Source: Scyliorhinus canicula (Eukaryota). From it: 64,000 nt of DNA. Shown here in pieces: positions 58,159-64,000 of this stretch. The notes under the pieces are model-generated. The model was not told the DNA's origin. It ran no database searches and saw only the letters and a program-made list of their open reading frames with translations. Within the stretch, counting starts at the first letter, position 1, and each line of letters starts with the position of its first letter. The stretch spans positions 53,629,990 through 53,693,989 of the forward strand of contig NC_052162.1 in NCBI RefSeq assembly GCF_902713615.1. Reading direction: 5' to 3'. The translations under genes and the position numbers were made by a program.

Positions 58159-61100
58159 CTACGTATGGAAATGTGTAATAAATGTAAAACTCCTCAATGT
58201 CAAAAGGTTGCAGACTTGCTGATTTGTATGATTTGCAGAAATTAACGAAAATTTAAATTCAGTTAATTGGCCAGATTGGAACATGAGCAAATGTTCTCTA
58301 TGTATAGCCGATCCATTCTGTTGATCATCTGATGGGTCATCTCACATTGTCTTATGCCAGACCACAGAAGCTAAATTAAACTACTGAAAATTACAGGTAG
58401 CCTTAGAGAACAGACATCCCATCCTCCAGCACTTATTGGGCAGGATGACAGTCTCTGTGCTGCCCTTGCAGTTAATTAACATGAATTACTGTATTATTGT
58501 GCATACTCTGATGGTGGGCCCAGATGTCAGAACACCTCCAACATCTGGGTACCTGCTTTCATTATTATTCAGCCCACAGACATCACACATCATACATACA
58601 TGCACCATACACCACACAAACAAATCCCACTGACACATTTTATAAACCTCACACATCAAACAAATTCACTTATCATACCAGTCAGGTATAAAGCTGCGGA
58701 CTTCAGGTCTATGGCATTGGGACCAAATGTGTATCCCAAAACCACACTTTCGGGAAGACTGGTTGCAGGAGTTATTTTCCCAGCTCTGGAACTGAATCCA
58801 ACTGGAAGAGGTGGGAATTACTCAAGCAAGTCAGAGACTGCAAGGGTGCCTCAAACTGGAGATTCCCGAAAAGGGGGCAAGTTTAAAATAAATCTCTGAA
58901 GGGTGATGTGGTGTTCTTTGTGATTCTGTTGTCAGGATGGATGTTGTACTGTTCACAAAGACCGTAGAAGATAAGTTCATGAGGGAAGCTAACTTTTATT
59001 TACACTACTTATTAAAGCTTGACCACTTACTCCTATAGTAAACAATAATCTACTAATCTACAATCTATACTCTACTAACACTAGTCTGTAAACTCTATCT
59101 ATAACTGTACTCGACACTCTCTAGACCTCTCCCCTGAACATTCTCCAGGCCTCTCCAGCCTTCCAGAATTCTGTGAGTCAGTGCTTTATATAGTTCTGCA
59201 TCTAGCGGTTAATTATGATATGACATTAACCCTTTGTATTCTGAACATTTCACATAATGTCACAGGTAAAACTGTTAGGCCCCTCTGATCAGAGGGTAAT
59301 CCCATCCAATGGCAGCATTCAGACCCTTTGTGCAGCTTTCCCTGATCATGACCTCCTCTTTGCAATATGGACCGGCTGACTCCAATTGCCAGCACCCAAT
59401 CTGCCACAGAGAGGCTGCCTGCACTAAAATGGCACACAGCAGGAGAGAATGCCCCTCAGCTATCAAAATTAATGAGTGCTTTAACAGGCCCCTAATTGGG
59501 GCCATAAATATAATCTGCCTGCCGGTCTGTTCCTCAGAAACTTCCCCAGCAGTGGGAATATATCGGGGAGTCATCCTGATATAGGTCCCCACTATTCTAC
59601 CCCTCCCAATGTCCAATACAGCCGCCCAGGGCCAGGAGAATTCTGCTCGGATACTTTCTCTCACCTAGAACTTAGAAGCAGTGCGATGGACTGATATTAC
59701 TTCAGCTCCCTCAGGATGTGCCAATCAGGATGTACTTAAAGAGTTTATCATCGCAATTATTTTAAAATAATAACATCAAAATAAATGGCTGTGATGTGAT
59801 TTCTTTTAAAGCTGTTTCAAAATATCCTGTTACATTATATGACAAAAAAAAGAATGGTTCCAAACTGCAAGGTTTGTTTGCTGACCCAACAGTAAGTTTT
59901 CCTAGATGAAATAATTATTCCTCTATACTTATTCAGATAAAAGGTAAAATATTTATCCAGCTGTGCCTGAGTTTAATTACAGAGGCAGCTTCAAGGAATC
60001 CATCTGCCTGTGCAGCTGCTTATTACATGTCCAAATGTGTATCTGTCTGTTCCACAAACTGGCTTCCCCTGTTTTCTTAAATCTGCCCATGGTACATGAA
60101 GCGCTGATTGAACAGTAAAGAACGAGAGGAAGAACAGCCCATTCAAGACTGAGCTGTGGAATTTAAAATGCAGAACACGAGTGATTCACATTGAAAAGGG
60201 GGAGAGGGGCAAACAGGGCAATCAAGAACCAAATGAGAAAGTGAGATGCAGGAAAAGGAAATGGTGAAAAAGGCAAAGGGAACAGAAGCTTCACTTTAAA
60301 GTGATACTTGAAAGCTGTCTGGAGTAGTTAGTTTGACATCTAGATCCACACCAGACATCATTCGTTCCTGGTCGCTTTTAGCTTTTGCAGCATATTATCT
60401 CATGTAACTGCAACAATTTCAGGAGGTGCAGGCTAAAACGTTCATATAAAACAAATGCTCCAGTCTGGGAACTCCCCGTAAGGGTCCGGGGGTTGATACT
60501 TAAGGCCTCCCTGGTGAGCCTGTATTGTGCAGAACTCTGCCCGCTTAATGCAGGATCTCATATTCTACAAAGCCCATGGGAAGATCAATTGGCGATCCCC
60601 CTGTGGTCTTCGTGAGGGTTATATTTATATTCACATTTATACCATTCTTATATATAACATCCCTCCCCACCCATTTTATCCCCTATCACCTAACTTGATT
60701 GTTAACTTTATTTATAAGTGGTATTTGAACTATATTGGACAGCTTGATTGGAATATATATTGGCAGCTGTAGGGAGTAAGTTAAAGTTTTTCCTTTTGCT
60801 CAAGAACTGTTATAACAGTTACCTGTAAAGCAATTTCTTCGCTGCTAATTTGGTTAATTCTGTGTATAAATGAAAGTTTGTTTTAACACAAACGATACCT
60901 TTTGGTCAGTCTGATTACTCCTGTGCTGCAGTCACATGTCCTCACAGTTTTACAAATTGCAAAATGTTTGGTTCTCATCTGGGATCCCAACAAGGTGCTT
61001 GAGACAGTTGGTGATGTTGTAATCTTTCTGAAGCTGGTGTCCTCAGTGTTGTCGACCTGGAGCATTCCATCAGCCTTTTTCCCTGGGTGCAGGGCTCACT

Positions 61101-61179
61101 GCGTAGGCCTTTGGAGGAGTCTGCATGTCCACTGGTGTAGGGAGCCTGAGTCATAGGCCGGATGACTGGAGTGCTGTGT

Positions 61180-62170
61180 TATCTGATGGTGCTGGTTCTG
61201 ATCAATACCTGTAGGAGATGACGGTGATTACATATATAGTGGGCACTGTCTGAGGCTACCTCGTAACTGTTGTGTTTTGGAGCATGGCTGTGTACCATTG
61301 CTAACTGGCCATGGTCACTTGCGGTCTGAAACCTGATGGTTTGACGTAGTCTTAGAAGGCCGAGTCTGTGGACATGTCAATCATACTGCGTCTAGCTTCT
61401 CAGCCTGCTTTGTAGCAGGGCACCATTCACGTTGGATTTAAGTTTGGGTTGCAGCAGAGCAGTAGCAGTAAGAATCGTGGTCCTGGAACAGCTGGAAAAT
61501 AGTCATTGCACTGATGAGGGCAGACCCCGTTGTGGTAGATTTCACAGGAGTGTGGCATAGTAATCTGTGTGATCCTGTGCTCATTTCTGAAGAAGATGCA
61601 CGGCAGAGTGGACTGTCCATTCCACCAGACCATTTAGGTAGGGAAACCGGGATAGAGCAGGGGAGTGGGCCAAGGCAGGGTACTCTTTCGGAGGGTCGGT
61701 GCAGACTTAATGGGCCGAATGGCCTCCTTCTGTACTGTAGGGATTCTATGGAATCTTTGGATTTAATTGTGGATATATGCTCAAAGTCCCATGTGTGTGC
61801 AAAGTTATGAAATTCAGTGAAGACAAATTGCCTCTTGAGCTTGACGATGACTGTGTTACTCTTCTTGTTTGGCAAGTAGTTGAGTTCAAACCACCCGGAA
61901 TACGAATCAACTAGTATTGTTTACCATTCCTTTTGAAGACGTCAGCTGCTGTGAGTGACCAATGTCTTTCTAGGACCTCATGTAAATACAAGTGTTATTT
62001 TAGCTTGACGGGGTTTGAGTGCATTGCATGGTGCACATATGGAAACGTCTCTTTCCATGTCTGCATATATTGAAGACCAGTACAGTGACTCATTGTCCCA
62101 GTATCTGGTTGCTTCCAACCTGGTGTTCCCTTGGTGAAGTTGTTGCGTGTAGTACCTCTGAAGAGAAGGA
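61180..62170 (-). mobile_element. Highly degraded Gypsy pol remnant with a SINE tail (61634-61750, +) inside
   Basis: Minus strand HNSYEVASDSAHYICNHRHLLQV resembles the post-integrase SYxV...RNRRHL motif. Confidence 0.4.
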
Positions 62171-62229
62171 GGAATGGCAAATTTCTGGCCTTGCAGTATC
62201 AGTCCATCCTGTACAGTTAGTTCATCTTT

Positions 62230-63575
62230 GTTAAGAAGAATGGGTGGAGCTCGTGGGGAAGCTCCTTCGAGGCCAGCTCCTCATGGTGATTCCGCGCCCC
62301 CCCCTCACCCTGCCCCATTGATAGTCTGGTTCTTTCCTGGCACCACCTTTCGCCCTGGATGTTGTGTTCCTGAGCTCCGCTCTTCTCTTCTGCAGTTCCT
62401 GTTGTCTTTGTGGGTTCAATGGGGGGGAGGGAGGACAGGGGTGGGGTTGGGGTGGGGTTGAGGGGGGGAGGGGGGGTGCTCCTGTCCCCTCCCCTCCTCC
62501 GTGTTCCCCCAATATCTCCCTCTGCGACTCCCTTGGTTTCCCGACTTGACTCATTTCCCTTCCCCCCTCTGCTCCTCTCCATTGTGTGTGTTCTTATCTG
62601 TTCTCAGTCCTCCCTTCCCCCCTTCTTCCAAGTCGCTTCTGGCTTCGAAAAGACTGGCTGATGAATAGCCCCCACGCTTTGTGGAAGCCTTTGTCCGACC
62701 CTCGGATGTTGTACTTGATCTTCTCCAGGTGGAGAAATTCTGACATGCCTGCCAACCAGTTTGCAGCTGTGGGTGGTGCTGCTGATCGTCGGCCAAGCAG
62801 GATTCTCCGGTGTGTGAATAAGGAAGCAAAAGCCAGGGCATCGGCCCTCTTCTCCTTATGTAGTTCTGGCTGGTCTGATACCCCAAAGACTGCCACTCTC
62901 GGGCATGGCCCCACCCTCACACACATAACCTTGGACTTTGCCTCGAAGAAGGCTGTCCAAAACCCAACAAGTGTGGGGCAGGCCCAGAACATGTGGGTGT
63001 GGCTGGCCGGGCCTCCCTGGCACCGTTCACATTTATTCTCCACCTCAGAAAAGAACCTGTTCATTCGAGTTTTAGTTAGACGAGCTCTCTGCACCACTTT
63101 AAACTTCATGAGGAGGTGGAGTTGGCCCTACTTAGTGCTTCATTCCAGAGTCCCTACCCCACTTCCATCCCAGGTTTGTCCTCCCATCCCTGCCTCGCTC
63201 CATCCAATGGTATCCTTTCCCTTTCCATAACTCATCCGTAGATGTCTCCTGAGTTCCCCCTCTCCTTGCTGTTCATGTTAACTTGCTACTCAAGTAGAGT
63301 GTCTCTCGGGGCCCTAGGGTACCTTGACGTCTTCTTGCAAAGCAAGGGCTTGATTTGCAGGTGCTGGAGTTCTTGTCCTGTCGGTAGCTCCAGTCCGTCT
63401 GTCAATTCGTCCAAGGTCACGAGTCTGTCTCCTATGTAACAGTCCCTGACTGCTGGTGTCCCCCACCCAGTCTCCATATTTTGAAGGTGGCATCGAACAT
63501 GGCTGGTTGGAATTTATGGTTACGGCAGATGGGGGCCATGGAGGACATCTTGGTTAGATCGAAATGCTGCCTCAT
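62230..63575 (-). mobile_element. L1/Tx1-like LINE 3' end (ORF2 C-terminal CCHC region and 3' UTR)
   Basis: ORF 62594..63109: FKVVQRA.LT..RM..F....KCERCQGGPASHTHMFWACPTLVGFW...LEKIKY.IRGS...FHKAWGLFI. Confidence 0.88.
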
Positions 63576-63964
63576 TTAATTTTATCTATTCCTTGGAAAA
63601 AGGCCTTAGGGATGAAGATTGGTATGGATCTGAACAGCTCCTCATAATGATGTGCAGTTGTCTGCATGTGATGTCTGCCCGCTAGGCACCTCTGAGTTCC
63701 TGGATTCTATGTGAGGACAGCACCTCTATTGTCATGATGCTTCATGTCTTCCTCATGATCTGCCTTATCTGTAGGGGTAAGAAACCTCTGGAAAGGCCAG
63801 CAGGCAAGTGCAGCTCCTTACTGCATTTATAGATGACGCTGAGATCATAGCGTAGTAGCATCATGTGCTGCAATCGTGCAAAGTGTGGAGAGATTTTTTA
63901 AAGATATCATGGGTGGCTGGTGAGTCACTTAAGCAGCTGCAGGATGACCAAATATAAAGTCAAT

Positions 63965-64000
63965 GGGAGGGATTCTCCAACCCCCCGTCGGGTCAGAGAA
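63965..64000. mobile_element. Left end of another GC-rich MITE, cut by the window edge
   Basis: GGGAGGGATTCTCCAACCCCCCG matches the start of 7248-7893. Confidence 0.75.

Noticed and set aside
59854-59897. ATG...A|GTAAGT as a first coding exon of a downstream gene
   Set aside because: Only 12 codons, no homology and no matching downstream exon in the window.

Overview
Vertebrate (eukaryotic) genomic DNA, very likely a cartilaginous fish. This is inferred from abundant HE1-type V-SINEs paired with CR1-clade LINEs; a catshark is a plausible but unproven guess. The only host gene I can support is the 3' end of an ARHGAP6/ARHGAP36-family RhoGAP on +. It has three phase-compatible exons (972-1069, 2141-2382, 24029-24675), a 21.6-kb last intron and a C-terminal PDZ-ligand motif (ETAV*). 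Most of the rest is nested transposable elements: (1) a complete Gmr1-type Gypsy provirus with integrase upstream of RT (16631-23136, TSD ATAG) and related solo LTRs; (2) a PIF/Harbinger system of transposase remnants, spliced Myb/SANT gene remnants and GC-rich ~640-bp MITEs; (3) L1/Tx1-like, CR1 and Rex1/Babar LINE pieces; (4) a Copia-like remnant; (5) many V-SINEs with at least four different 3' tails. Highlights: the Harbinger MITEs have variable 3-bp TSDs but share a palindromic flanking target (about A[C/G]AT-NNN-AT[C/G]T). A degraded intronless SYCP1-like retrocopy, missed by the ORF track, lies antisense in the intron. One V-SINE has an A-tail and a perfect 14-bp TSD, suggesting it switched to L1 mobilisation. 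Protein family calls rest on recalled motifs, not database searches. Most ORFs in the track are spurious frames of GC-rich repeats.
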